From assembly GCA_002256025.1 (NCBI GenBank), contig NKIB01013244.1, forward strand, positions 1-61,312: DNA of 61,312 nt. Reading direction: 5' to 3'. The DNA is from Asterionella formosa. Taxonomy: Eukaryota. Shown piece after piece: positions 1 through 12,541 of the stretch. A program made the position numbers and the translations under genes. Below the pieces are notes generated by a model. It did no database searches. It was not told where the DNA came from and saw only the letters and a list, made by a program, of their open reading frames with translations. Each line of letters starts with the position of its first letter. Position 1 is the stretch's first letter.

Positions 1-460
1 CTGTTGAATATGTTGACGATATGAAGGCAAATGCTAAGAAATATGGAAAATGATAACAAATTTATTGTACCAGAATTTTACCGGTAGTACCAGTCAGAGT
101 ACCGGTAGTTGTAGATTTTCGTAATGAATCTTATAATTAATTAATTCTATAGCATTATTAGTTTTTGATGTTGTGCTACATGCAAAACTACCTTTTCTCG
201 AAAGACATATACCAGTATTATCCTACATACAGGTTACATGGTATGAAGCAGCGCGAATCTATCCTTCATGCATTGAATGCGAGTGACTATAGAAGTATCT
301 TAACAGGGTGAACCTCCAACACACTTCGTTTAGCGCCTTCAGACCCACAAGTCCATTCATTTTCATACACATATCCTCATTCATCTGCAATAAGATAATT
401 CAATTTGAAAGACGAGAGTGTGGTGCTGCTACAGACGAACTATTCCCATTATCCAAGCAC

Positions 461-2100
461 ATGTTATTGCACGTCGGTCAGCTCATCTGGGTGCGACAAG
501 GGAAGAACGACCATCATGCGTTTGTCCTGGAAGTACACGATGACGAAGTGAAGGTGCGTTGGGATGGGTACTGCGAGACGACGTTCGACTAGAACTGCAA
601 TCGAGGAGAAGGAAACGACAGAAACTTCTCATTATGGCAGAAGAAACTCCTTTTGTGCTTGCTGCGCGCACAGCTAATGGACTTTGCCAAGCGACAGCAA
701 TCACTCCGCTTCAACGGACTTTCCACGAGCAAATCAAGCCGAGAAGAAGTGGCCCTATCATCCCAGAGCAAGTCTTTAGCAACATTGACATCGGGCAAGC
801 TACTGACACCCTCGACCAAATCAATCCAGAAGAGCACAACAATGCTGGTCCAGAACAAGTATTTTGTAACGCTATTGAATCTCGGCAGGTTGCAAATGTC
901 CAGAATCCACCCAAGGATGAAGAAGATGACACCTTCTTCCCTGAACAACATTCTAGTTTTGCTTTAGGAACCCAGCAAGCGTCTGTCGGCCTCAGACAGG
1001 TTGTCAAACACGACGAGGCCCTGGCCGCAGTACCAGAACTCATCGAACAAGTACTTATTCCCGTTCGAACCAATCGGATCGGCATCTCGGTCAAATTGGA
1101 AGAAGAAGACCCCATTATCCACGGACAAGTAATTACCAGTGCTGGAACTCAGCAAGAAAATGGCCTCCTCTACCAGGTCAAGCACGAAGTGGACCATCCT
1201 GTTGTTACCGAAGACTTGAACGTTGTCGAAACCAAAGAATTTTTCAGCGCTAATTTGTCAGTCAATCACGAAGTTGATGAGCCTCGTGCCACACTTCAAG
1301 ATTCGTAAGATCAGGTGAAGCCTGAAGGGGTGCAGCTAGAACAAGAATCGTCCATCAATGGTGCTTAGCAAGCCAATGATGTATACTACAATCAAAACAT
1401 TGTCAAGGAGGAAGTTCCCGGGCTTTTATCGGAACTTAATTCTACCTTCATCGAAATCCAGCAGACACAAGCCCTTGACGAAAGCCTCGTCATCGACGAG
1501 AATGGTCCTGTAGTTCCCAAACGAGAAGCTACAACTGCTGGAATCGAACAATGGGAGAAATCTTCGTCAAGTATTGTTTCACAAGATCAAATGCAAACAT
1601 TTGTCCCTTCGATTCAACTATTGGATATCGCAACAGGTCGATCATGAGCTTGGATGAACAAAGTGGAGGCCACGCCAGAAAGGAAAGAGATTTTCTACAT
1701 TGGACGAGCTTGGCCTTAGTATCTTTGGACAAAGCGCCGCAGGAACTTCGACCAAACACGGTAGAACAAAAGTGAACCAAATCACCATGAACTATAAATG
1801 GAATAACCTTGCCAATTCATCTGACGAAGTACAAACCTTCTACGTTGGAGTTGGACCTTGTCGTGAAAAGATCTTATATGCTTTACTGACGCAACACTCT
1901 CCCATTGCACTGTTCTTTTCACCGAAGAATATTTGCTCAAGGAAACTTGAAACATTTATGTTGGACATTGGAAGGTAATTAGCTCAGACATCTTCCGCTT
2001 CCCTAGGATATTTAAGGGCCAACTACGGCAGGGAGTTGTCAAGTTTTGATTTGAACACGTAGACCACCGTATAGTGCAGGCATTAAATCGTGATATGTAA
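461..2100 (+). pseudogene. Disrupted gene: N-terminal Tudor-like barrel, acidic linker, C-terminal 'YVGHWKV' domain
   Basis: ATG 461 gives MLLHVGQLIWVRQG...VLEVHDDEVKVRWDG. A frameshift near 565 leads into WVLRDDVRLE. In-frame stops occur at 1306 (TAA), 1366 (TAG), 1948 (TGA) and 2047 (TGA), with further frame changes. Coding-like sequence continues to ...IVQALNRDM* at 2100. Confidence 0.65.
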
Positions 2101-2789
2101 ATCTCGCTGGTGGCGATTGAACTACCAATAGCTTCATGAAATTTTTTCGAGAAATCGTAGAGGTGGAATTAATTTTCATCAATGAGAATTTAAGGAAATT
2201 TCAAACTGTTGGCATACCATCGATTTTGCCTGGGGATATCACCGGTATTGCCGAATTTTCAAAATTGAAGCAAAAATTGCGATGAGAGTTTGGGAAAAGC
2301 CCCAGTTATATCCTTCAAAATGACACTGATGAAATAGGTACTCCCTTCTAATTTCAATAGGATTAGTATTAGGATTGGAGCTTCAAAGCCCACTGGAAAT
2401 ATTCAGAAGTGTTCGGTATTTTGGCATACTGAGTATTTTTAGGAAAAATGATTATCGCAGGTGAAGGACACTGATTGTTAAAAATAGGCAGCAGCCCTGT
2501 TTGCCTCGTTTCCAGTGTAGAATTTTCTACTTGGCTAATGCTATCTCTTCCAAGTTGTATGTTGGTTTTTTTTATGAGACCTTAAACGAAATGTAAGGCG
2601 CTCACATTCGAAAGGATTTCTTGCTTAGATTATAAATCGCTATCTTTTGGTAAAAATTAAATAATATTTGTAGAATTTCTTGTTTGGATTATATTCACCA
2701 CCTTCCTTGGTAAGTGAAATAATTTCTTGATTCCCATGTAAATTGGACACTTGATGACCTCAAAAAGCTCCGTTCGAAAATCTTCACTG

Positions 2790-4208
2790 CTAAAACTGCC
2801 ACCACCACTTTTTGCTCCCATCGTTAGAAACATCGCTCCCATTGTTAGAAGAAGTAGTCTCCAACACCCCACAAACAAATGACCAGGTACAGTAATTTGA
2901 TAAGCAGTCAGAGTCCTCATCACACTTCCCGCCAAGTCCCAATTTCGCTTCACAAAGGGGAGGAGCCAAACCTTCACAACGTTCAGATTCACAGTCCGAA
3001 TCCCACCTGCAGCTACAGTTATCATCCATTAAGCCGTCGGCATTGGAGCACTTAAACAATATGCAGGTACCGCTTGTGCAATCACTTGAGTCATTACATG
3101 GTTCGCATGAGCCCAATGTTTTGGTAATGCAGGCACCAAGCTCGCATCGTTTGGACTCGCAATCAGCGTCACTCCTACAATCGATAGCAATACAATGGTT
3201 GGGACCAAATTGTGTCAATGGGCCACACATGTTGGACTCACACTCCTTATCTTGTGAACAGAACGATCCGGCGATAAAACCATTGCTACGAACTGGATAC
3301 TTTCCATTGCCCATAAGAGCCTCTATCCGATCAAGATATGCAGTGCTTGAATGAACTTTTGAAGAAAGAGGCCCAAATGAGTCCTGGGAATCAAGACCCA
3401 TATATGCTATTCCCGTCGTGTCGTCGCTCAAGATAATCAGGTGACCAAAGGAAGCCGCGCCAAGACTTGGAGAAAAGGGGATCACATCGTACATGATGCC
3501 TGTGACTTCAGAGGTCATGGTATTCACAAAACGGAACCACCTTTCCGACGTGGCTACAGGGCAAGGTGCGAAAATAGCATCGGGTTGACCAAAAGTGATA
3601 ACGTAAGGGTTAAGATCTACAAGGATCAAACCAGCAATTGCAGCCACCGCACCTCCCTAATAGAAAGGTTACAAGGAATTTGATGAGAAGTTAGGGATGA
3701 TAGCAAGTACTTACGATACAATGTCAGGTATATGCAAGGTTATCCTTACCTGCGAATGACCGGTCAAAATAACACACTCATCTATGTTCGTACAAGTTTT
3801 GGCACATTCTCGAAGTTTGTCTTCAAATTCAACCACGTATGACGTCGAGTATGCATCAAAGTATCCGTTTCGAGCAGTGCAACATTGTTCTTTACCCCAA
3901 AGGTCAACGCACACATCGTGATTAGTGGGATCAAGATTTTGCTGCCAATCCATCCATGTCGTGGTTGTTCCACGGAAAGCACCAAAACAATAATCATGGC
4001 CACCGACAGACAGTCTGGCAAAGAGAGCTAGATCCGGTTCGTCAGTGAAAGAAGCGATTTCGATGTAATCGTCACCCGTAAGGTTCAGATTATAGGCAGC
4101 AACAGACAGTTTGGCAGATTCTTTGACCAGGCTCATGAACTCTTCGCTCAAGACGACGCTAGCTGAGGCATGGCCCAGCAGGAGGGGAGTAATGATAGCA
4201 AGCTTCAT
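2790..4208 (-). CDS. Secreted class-3 lipase with C-terminal Cys-rich (CxxDxDC) repeats; 2 exons (4208-3750, 3656-2790)
   Basis: Signal peptide MKLAIITPLLLGHASA; AFRGT motif. Removing GT-AG intron 3749-3657 builds the nucleophile elbow GHSQGG. TFGQP motif and repeated CxxDxDC modules follow. Confidence 0.9.
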
Positions 4209-4979
4209 CGTTACAATTTGAAATTGTTGACGAAACTAGAGAATTTTGCTTTTTCGGATTTCGTGTTGGCATCTTTATAAATAATATTTTGATGTGAAAT
4301 GATAATTTTTTTGAAGCAATATGTTCACATGATTGCAGGAGGACAACAAAGATGAGGATGATGATAAACAGTTCACAAGTTATATTTAAAATTCTTCGAG
4401 TTCAGCAATCCAGTCGTTTGTACCGCTTGGTATGTCCCCGCTTGTACTCTACTAGCTGTACCAGTACTTCGTTAAATGTGGCACTCCTATATACCGCTAT
4501 GTATGCTGTCACTTCATTCGTGTATACTAAACACGGATAATTTTTTTCGTCCTGCCCATCGTACATCGCTTATGCACACCGGCCCTCGGCTTAACCCTAG
4601 TTTGGAGAAAACGTCGCTAGGGTTGTAAAATCGGCATGGAACAGGGAGTTTGCTGCTATGAGTTCCCATGATTCGACTGTCCATTTGAATATTTGATTAA
4701 ATAGGAGTCGGCGCCAGATTTCCATTTTAAACAAACGAAAATGATATTTAACCGTTTATGATATATTTTCGATGCTGCATGTAGAAATGATTTTGTTCCA
4801 CGCCAAAACACATATATAAATCAGGAGTATGCCTAAATGAATGCTCATGATATTTTTTATCCGTTAATATTGAATCTTTGTTGCGGTATGTAGATTTAAT
4901 GTTTATCTACCCCCAAAAGGCATATTACTCTATACTCAAAGGCACATACCGGTATATAAACCAATTCCGGAGTAACGGT

Positions 4980-6250
4980 GTACCAGGGTTTCTTCATTAT
5001 GTTGAAATTATTCCTGTTCCTGGAGCTTAGAGGCATCTGTCTGGTCTGATAAACCCAGAAAGTGTGGGGATAGAAATATCATAGGGCATTGGAATGGATA
5101 TCTGGATGGGAATTTGTTTTGCGCTTTTGGCGAGAGTACCTCTTGGAGAAGGCAACAGGCTCTTGATTGCTAGGGGTTTGCTGTGCAGATGATAATTGCA
5201 TGACCTTTAACTGAAGGATATTTACTCAGACCATCAATTTGGCACCAACAACCACTGAGTAATGGAATAACAATATTTAATTGAGTGTTAGCAAGGGTGG
5301 AGAGTTGTTGCTGTAGATCAAGCCGGTTCATATTTTTGGAAGAGAACAAAAGCCAGTCATAATTGACTGGAGGTAGTCATTAAATTGATAAAGTTTAAGT
5401 ACTAGCCATTGGGGTGCGCATCGATAATGGATTGGAGAATGGTAGGAGGTGTGAAAGTTTATGCTAGTTCTACCTCGGACCATACATTCATCAAGAGTGC
5501 AGCCACCTCTGAGTAGGGATGTAAAGGCTTTTAAAAGTATAAAGTGGTTTAGCGAATGTATGGCATTGGGAAAAGAAGACTCCTTGGTGAGGGTTTCATC
5601 CGGTTTGCCTGGTACTGATTTCATGGCGGAAAATAATCATCAAAGGCTATGGCTGTAAGAACAATGAGGGAGTGGACCACATCAGCAATGTCAGCGGGAG
5701 AGTAGTAGGGTGGAACTGGAATGATGTGTGTCATAGGAATTCTAAAGAATAGCCAGAACAAGTGAAAGAAATGCTCTGGGGGAGCAGTGGGAGGTGTTTC
5801 TAGAAGGTCGAAATTAGGTGAGGTTGCTCTGTCAGAGTGCAGCGCTTGAGTGCTCTCCTTCTTTGTGACTGGAAAGGGCAAGGTAGCTATCGATGCCATC
5901 TGTTTTAGAATCACGCTTCTTAGCGTCATTGAGGTGGACTTGTATTCCTGAAGCCGGTAGTGGATGAGAGGGTGAAGGCAGAGGGATGGTGGTGGACGTG
6001 GGAATCGGCAAAAGGCGCTTGAAGTAGGCGCCGACAGAGGGTTGGGAGATGTTCAGCTTCTGTTGGATTTGGAGAGCGAAAGTTTTGGGTGGATCTGGAG
6101 GTAGCGGGTTTGCGAGCATGAGGATGTGGTGAGAGGGAAGAGGCGGATGAAGAGAGTGGGGGAGAGCCCGAGAGGGGCATAAAAGGAGAAAAACAAGCAG
6201 GTGCAACATGAAGAAGTCCATAACCCAGAGGTGATTTTGCTGCAATTCTG
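4980..6250 (-). mobile_element. Highly degraded transposase-like remnant, possibly Plavaka-type
   Basis: CpG-poor, stop-riddled coding-like fragments (FKRLLPIPTSTTIPL; AFTSLLRG; YLQSIMTG; IDGLSK; SGFI). Their order weakly recalls Plavaka transposases. Confidence 0.3.
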
Positions 6251-6693
6251 CAACTAAGAATGAACTCAGCTATACTGTAATATGTACACTAATAAACTAC
6301 AAGGAGGGAAGGGAAGCGTCAGGTATTTTCATAAATTGAAAGAAATCGTCACATCTAAATAGCACATCCAGAAATAGATTGCCAGATACTTCTAAAATAG
6401 AGATGCAGTTGCGAAATCTGACTACGATTGGTGGTCTAATATGTGATGCTGGTGGGCGTATAGTGTTGAACAAATCATAGTCATGGTGTTGAACAAATCA
6501 TTAGTCCAGCAAAGGTCCAGAGCTATAATTGCTCCAGGAAAATGACTTCATCAGCTCTTACCTGATTTCCGTTGTCTACCTCAAAAAAACATATCAACAC
6601 GAAAAATACTGTAGTTGGGACTTCTACCCAGAGTGTACCTCTCACTTGAGAAGTGATATCACACTACGTGATTGTGGTTTGATTGTACTCTAA

Positions 6694-8314
6694 CTAAGCA
6701 TAGGATATACGATGACCTGACATCTTGCTTCCATTGATGGGTTTCTTCGGTTTCCACTTGGATAGATCCACAGCTCCGTCAGCCCCGTCAGTCCCATCGC
6801 ACGAAAAACACCCAAACCCTGGGTGTTTCATAACTTGATAGTTAGTTTCTCCCATAAGTCGTCTCGTCTCATACAGATGCTTAGAATCTGGATTGAGCTC
6901 CTCGCGTTGGATATCTTCGAGTCGACAAAGCGTCTTTAGTGCCCCTTCGAAGTTTGCTTGGATCAGTTGCACATAGGCCACACTTCTTAGTGTTTTTGCA
7001 CAATCAAGTGAGCTCTCGGAGTAGGAATATTCTTGATTAAACAACAATTCTTCGTAGGTGGTCAAAGCTGCATCGAAACTACTTTGACAAAGATAGGAAT
7101 ATGCAAGATTGTCTAAAGTACTCAATACAAGTTTGTTGTCTGAGCCCAGAAGAGACCTTTGAATCTCTAAGGATGCACAGAAGGTTTGAATGGCTTGCCA
7201 GAATTCATTTTTCTCAAGCTCGATATATCCTGTGTAGATGGGCGCTGGTCGTTAGTAGAATTGTGGAGGGAATTGATAGAACCAATCGAGAAGGTTCCTA
7301 CCTTTGTTACACATCGTACTAGCCAAGGTTAAGAACCCTGGCCTCTTGGTTGGATCGGTAAAGCTAAATACATTCAGCTCTCCCAATGCGTTTTTTTGCA
7401 GACGAATCGACTTTTCAAAATGTTCTTTGCCTTCTTGAAATTTACCCATCTCGTAGTTGACACAACCAATGTTGTTTAGGACCTTGGCAAGCTTTAATTG
7501 ACTCTCTTCAATATCTTCTGGCAAGACAAGGTCTTTAGTTTCGGCCTTCCTAATTGCGAGAGCTTCAAAAAATACCAAGAGCGAATCCTCGTATTGTTTA
7601 AGCGACAATAAAATAATTCCGAGTTCGACTAGTGAATCCTAAAGGACCAAAGCAAGTGTTAGCTCGATGAAGTACTGCGACTAACAATATCCATACTAAT
7701 ATAAACCATACTCACCGCGACCATATGGTCTTCTGCGCCTAATGTTCGCTTTCGGATACGCACAGCTTCTTCAATGGCATCCCTTGCATCTTCCAATTTA
7801 GAAGCACGGAGGTTCGCTATTCCTACGTTGTGCAAGGCTGTTCCAACTCGTTCATTATATTCTCCAAATCTCTCCAGCATTCTTGCTAGAATACTTTCAA
7901 ATGTCATCAGTGCCTTGTTGAAATCGCCAGCCTAGACAAGTGTTAGAGAAATGAACGCAAGCAGTACATCTAAAGATCGGTTCGTTCGTCCCTAATACTC
8001 ACTCGTATCTGCTTACAAGCTTGTCCGTGTCGTTTTCGCAAATCTCTATCAAAGTTCATCGCGGATGTATATTCTTCCATCACATCAGTGTCGACGCTCC
8101 CCGAAAAGTCACTATGGTTGCTGCTGAAACGAGGACTATCATCGTCGTTTCTAGATGATCCAGTGTAGCTGGAAGCGGCACTTTCCCTTCTGTCGGAACT
8201 TGCAAACCTTGGAGTCAAGACTTTGGTCCCTTTCGTCACGACCCGCTTAGACTCCTTCGGCTCGACTGTTTTCGCCTTTTCAGCGGAAAGGGGCTTAGAT
8301 TTCTTGGGCCTCAT
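6694..8314 (-). CDS. TPR-repeat (kinesin light chain-like TPR) protein; 4 exons (8314-8003, 7931-7716, 7638-7302, 7229-6694)
   Basis: Three GT-AG introns (8002-7932, 7715-7639, 7301-7230) join the ORF pieces in frame. TPR motifs include GTALHNVGIAN, AKVLNNIGCVNY and STLDNLAYSY. Confidence 0.88.
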
Positions 8315-8479
8315 GGTGACTGTAATTGTTTCTTTTCTTCTCCTATTCACCCACCTTTTGATGGTCTATGTGTCGGCTGCTTGTAGCAATATTCGGCATG
8401 TCATATCTATGTGTTTTGTAGAAAGAAACAGTTTTTGAAGGGTAACTTGACGTTATTGTCTTAATCACATGAGGGTATG

Positions 8480-8654
8480 TACATTATACAGATGGTAATA
8501 AATACATCCTCGTCGAATGTTCTTCAATCCGCTGCAATTTAGCGACTTGACCCTTGCGTGGAAATATACATTATACAGATGCTCATGTATACTTCCTCGT
8601 CGAATGTTCTTCAATTCAGGTCCAATTTAGCGAGTTGACCTTTGCGTGGAAATA
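8480..8654. repeat. Two-copy 87-bp tandem duplication in a divergent intergenic region
   Basis: TACATTATACAGATG...TCCTCGTCGAATGTTCTTCAAT...TTGCGTGGAAATA starts at 8480 and again at 8567. Confidence 0.9.
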
Positions 8655-9084
8655 CTGTACCTGGTGAAGTTGTGCGAAGGTGGGCACAGGGCATGTCATC
8701 GCCATCTCTTCGTTTCTACTAGTTATAGCGTAGTTGCATCATAAATGAAACGGACGATCGTCGAGCCATGATTAATTAATTAAAGAAGGGCACATGTAAT
8801 GGAGTACATAGCACTGAGACATATATTAAATAATAATTTGTTTGCATAAAATAATAAATAGATCACACCTGGTACCTATTCCTCGTACAAATACATACAA
8901 ACAACGACTGGTATCACACATGCAAATTTACATACCAGTAGAGACCACCAGTAAATCCATCACCAACCTACTTTATATCATTTTTGCCAGGCCCTCAATT
9001 TCCAAAAAAGGACAATGTTGAAAGCCACCGCAACTGAGAAATTTTCATCTTTCAAGTGATTGCAACACATCTCTAGACATAAAA

Positions 9085-9525
9085 ATGGTTGATTCGTTAA
9101 ACAAATCACTACGAGGGCGGAGTCGAGTGCGAAACAGAAATGATGCAACAACTCAAGCTTCCGTGGATACGGAGGTTGGATTGAAAGGTCGTTTAAGAAG
9201 ATTCAGTCGAAGTATTGTCAACAGAAGTAGATCAAGCTCGATGACTCAAAACATTCGTAAGGTCATAAATGAACAAGAATCTAAACAATCTTCGAAATCA
9301 ACTTCTGAGTTAACTGTCGAAACACCCACAGGTGACATCCTTAAAGATTTGTATCGCCAAGAAAAGTCGCTTAAAGATGTAGAGAAGCTAAGTGTCATTC
9401 AAGAGTGTCATTCAGATGATGAACTGCAGTCAAGAGATGAATCAGCTGGTACGAAATTGGACGAGGAACAACTTCGTGATACTGGAACCAGTTCAATGTT
9501 TTGTATTGCATGCTGCGGCTTTTGA
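9085..9525 (+). CDS. Hypothetical 146-aa Ser/Arg-rich protein ending in a Cys cluster (CIACCGF)
   Basis: AAAAATGG start context, open frame, coding-like composition, no recognisable domain. Confidence 0.65.
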   Translation: MVDSLNKSLRGRSRVRNRNDATTQASVDTEVGLKGRLRRFSRSIVNRSRSSSMTQNIRKVINEQESKQSSKSTSELTVETPTGDILKDLYRQEKSLKDVEKLSVIQECHSDDELQSRDESAGTKLDEEQLRDTGTSSMFCIACCGF

Positions 9526-9774
9526 ACGTGGGTGAGTGTTGATGACCTAGCACGATCATCTGTACCTGTCGAAGGTTTCTCCGCAAAATTGGAGCCCTCT
9601 TGATGGACCAGCATTTCATGAGCGAAGTGAACATTCAACATTAACAATAAATTCGTCTCTCAATGACGTACCATTAAATATGAGTCAAACTATTCCGTCC
9701 CTTCGATTGTGTCAGCATTGTGGAATGGTCGAAGATAGAGTAAACCTTCACTAACAAATGGTTCAATCTCATAA

Positions 9775-11270
9775 TTTATTTTATTTTATTCTTACAATCA
9801 AGTTATCTTTCATGGACATGCCTAATTAAGGGCTTCGAACAAGCCTGTTTGGTCATCCCATAAGAGGGACAATGCATAGAATTTTCGTCTCGTACTATAC
9901 TGCAGGGTAGACTGATGGAATAAATATGGTCCTTGTCTATGGTTGTTTGTAATGTTATGTTTTGCTTCATTATACATATGCACAATTAATTCGTGTGGAC
10001 TACTGCATACATGCACTAGGTAAAATAGCATCATCAGAATGGTGCCTTATGCTTTCTCAATCTATAGACTGCTAAATGTATTTCAACTGTTGATAGTGGA
10101 TCATCATCAATGGTTGGTTTTGGGTCTTGGTGTGGTACTTAGAAGCGTTCCCCTTGTGAATCCATTGCAGTGTGAAGTTTGTCACACTCGCTCTATTCAA
10201 GTCCAAGTCCTTCTCAATATGGCTGATGTTGGTTCCTTGGTGACAATTCCCATTGATTTGTTGTACCATCCTTATTGTCTTGTTACCTATGCCTTGTACT
10301 TTACATCTTTTACATCAATGTTTGATTCAAGCTATGGTGCCACTTGAGTGATTCAGGGCCTGTCCGATTCTCCTTGCATTTGCCATCTGGGCAATTAGAC
10401 TCCATTTTCCTTCTGATTTCTAAGATTTCATTCGTTTGGTCCTGCTTTTAAAGGCAGTCCTGCAATACTTTTGTTCACACCACGAACTCTGCTTTCTACT
10501 GGTGGAGCAATGATTGAGAAACTTTCCCTTTTTGTACATAACAATGGTGTTGCTTCCCACATTACTAGCTGTCATCATAGTAGAATAATCTTGATTAGCC
10601 TATGAATACTATCATTTCGTTGTTGCTTGAATTGGAATGTTTTGAAGCCAGCCCATTTATCCAATTGAATATCACCACTTGCTTACACTTTGGATTTGAT
10701 CCTGGTTGGCTGCTTGTGCCTTTGTGGCCATTTCCAGTCCTTCAACCTGAAGAAAAAATTCCTAAATCCTTCAACTCTAACAATGCAATTAAGGTTCTCA
10801 TCCTATTGTTTTGGGAGTACCAAAAATGTTGAGTGTGATATTCAGGTCACCACTAATATAACTGGAGGCAGGCGGATGTAATGTTGAAACTGCTACCACG
10901 ACTGCTTGGATGTGATTGCTTGATAATCCAGTTTCCTCTCAAGGCGGGAATTATTATTCAATTTTTTGCCAAATTTCAGTTCTGTCTAGATTGTATTGGA
11001 ACACCATGTTTTGGCACCCTCACTGTTCCATTTCATGCTTACTAACTCTGAGTGTAAAGGAATCATGCCATAGTACGCAGCCACCCTCACCTTGATGTTT
11101 GCTTGCTGCTCCTGTGTTGTTATCCACTGAAAGTTGTAGCTACTCTTTCACAAATTGTGCATGTCAGTCAACATACAAAAATCCTCATTCACCAGGGCCA
11201 TCCTTCATCAAGTTGTCATGTCAAGTCAAGAATGTCCTTGTTGTGTCTGACACATTGTTCATGATCTCCA
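9775..11270 (-). mobile_element. Degenerate non-LTR retrotransposon (LINE): APE endonuclease and start of the RT region
   Basis: Minus-strand fragments appear in the expected order: ASKHQG (~11095), YISGDLN (~10850, APE GDLN motif), IDDDPLSTVEIHLAVYRLRKHKAP (~10045-10110, pre-RT 'EI..AV..L...KAP' motif). An A-rich tract lies at ~9775-9790. Many stops; CpG-depleted. Confidence 0.65.
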
Positions 11271-11675
11271 CATTATAGTGTGTACTCGGAGAGTACGTGT
11301 GTATGCATAAAATGATAATATCTAGAAATGTATGATTTTGTATATTTTCATATCATAGTTGGTACATAGAGGTAATTAATATATATGTATGGCCTGTTAC
11401 GACGGCTGTACAGTTGCAGTTGTGAACAACAATTATAAATTACATTTACTAATTATTCAGGTACGGTCGAGCGTGCGTGGATTGCATTTTGATGTACAAC
11501 AATGTATAAATACATACCTTGTTACCTACCGGCAGTACCTGGTGCTCCGTCGCATCCCATTTCTATCGTACGACCCTGCACGTATCCTTGTGGTTCATGT
11601 GATGGTCAACAAACAACAATAGCAACTGGCACAGGCTACCAGGGTACGACACCAACTGACCTGACAATCTACATC

Positions 11676-12541
11676 ATGTCTTGGAAGGCTGCTCTTTCGA
11701 GGCATTTGCCTGTTGTGCGGTTCTTCGCTTGCGTGGAATCTCCAGCAAGCAAAGGTGTTATGTAAGTGATTGATTTATATGCGGCCGAGAAGGAAGGATT
11801 GGCATTGACCCATTGATGGAGCGGCGGTGCCCTTATATTTTGTAGTACAAGGGGACTCAAGTTGTATTCGAAAAATCTGTCCCGCAGCTGACCCCTCATT
11901 TGATATTATGAATGCGCCCCACTCACGTCCCGATACCCCCACGCAGCTCATGGTATGCGAAGAACTACCAAGAAATCAAAATGCTCAATCCGAACCTCCC
12001 GTTTGGCCTCCGAACGACCGAAAACGCCATGCCAGCCATCGCCACGGACTTGGACTTTACAACCACCGACCTCGTGAAGTATATGCTACAAAAGAACCTC
12101 TTCGTCAATGAAAATGGAACCGCTGCGCCCGACCGGATCGAGGCCGCCAATGAATGGCTCAAGACTGACTGGGCCTTGCTCCGACGCGAGCGATGGGCGT
12201 CTCCGGGATTTGACCCTTGCAAACCTTATTTGGAAGAGGAAAATCCTGACTGGCGAAAGGACCCCAAAATTAGTCAGGACCTGGCGGTGTACCTGGCTGC
12301 ACAAGATACTGTGGATATGCAAGAGAAAACTATGATGAGTGGACCAAATAAGGAGTGGGAGCGAGCACAGAACAGCTTGCTCATGATGCAGCGAGTGGAC
12401 TTGTGGTGTGCTGGAGAAGCAGAAGTGGAGCGGGCCTTGCAACACTTGCTGGCACTGGGCAAGAGAGTGAATGAATACGAACCAGATCCACCTACTTTCA
12501 TTGAGGAGTATTTCCCTGGAGCACCTGACTTTCAGAATTAA
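11676..12541 (+). CDS. NDUFA2: Complex I B8/NDUFA2-like subunit (L51/S25/CI-B8 fold), 226 aa; 2 exons (11676-11761, 11947-12541)
   Basis: MSWKAALSRHLPVVRFFACVESPASKGVI | intron GTAAGT..CAG | SWYAKNYQEIKMLNPNLPFGLR matches the B8 N-terminal pattern. Confidence 0.75.

Noticed and set aside
2130..2450. Possible transposon end with repeated GGTATT/AATTTT words
   Set aside because: No TIR pair or TSD could be identified.
4591..4625. Telomere-like AACCCTAG...CTAGGGTT inverted octamer
   Set aside because: Only 8 bp and not a tandem telomeric tract; could be chance.
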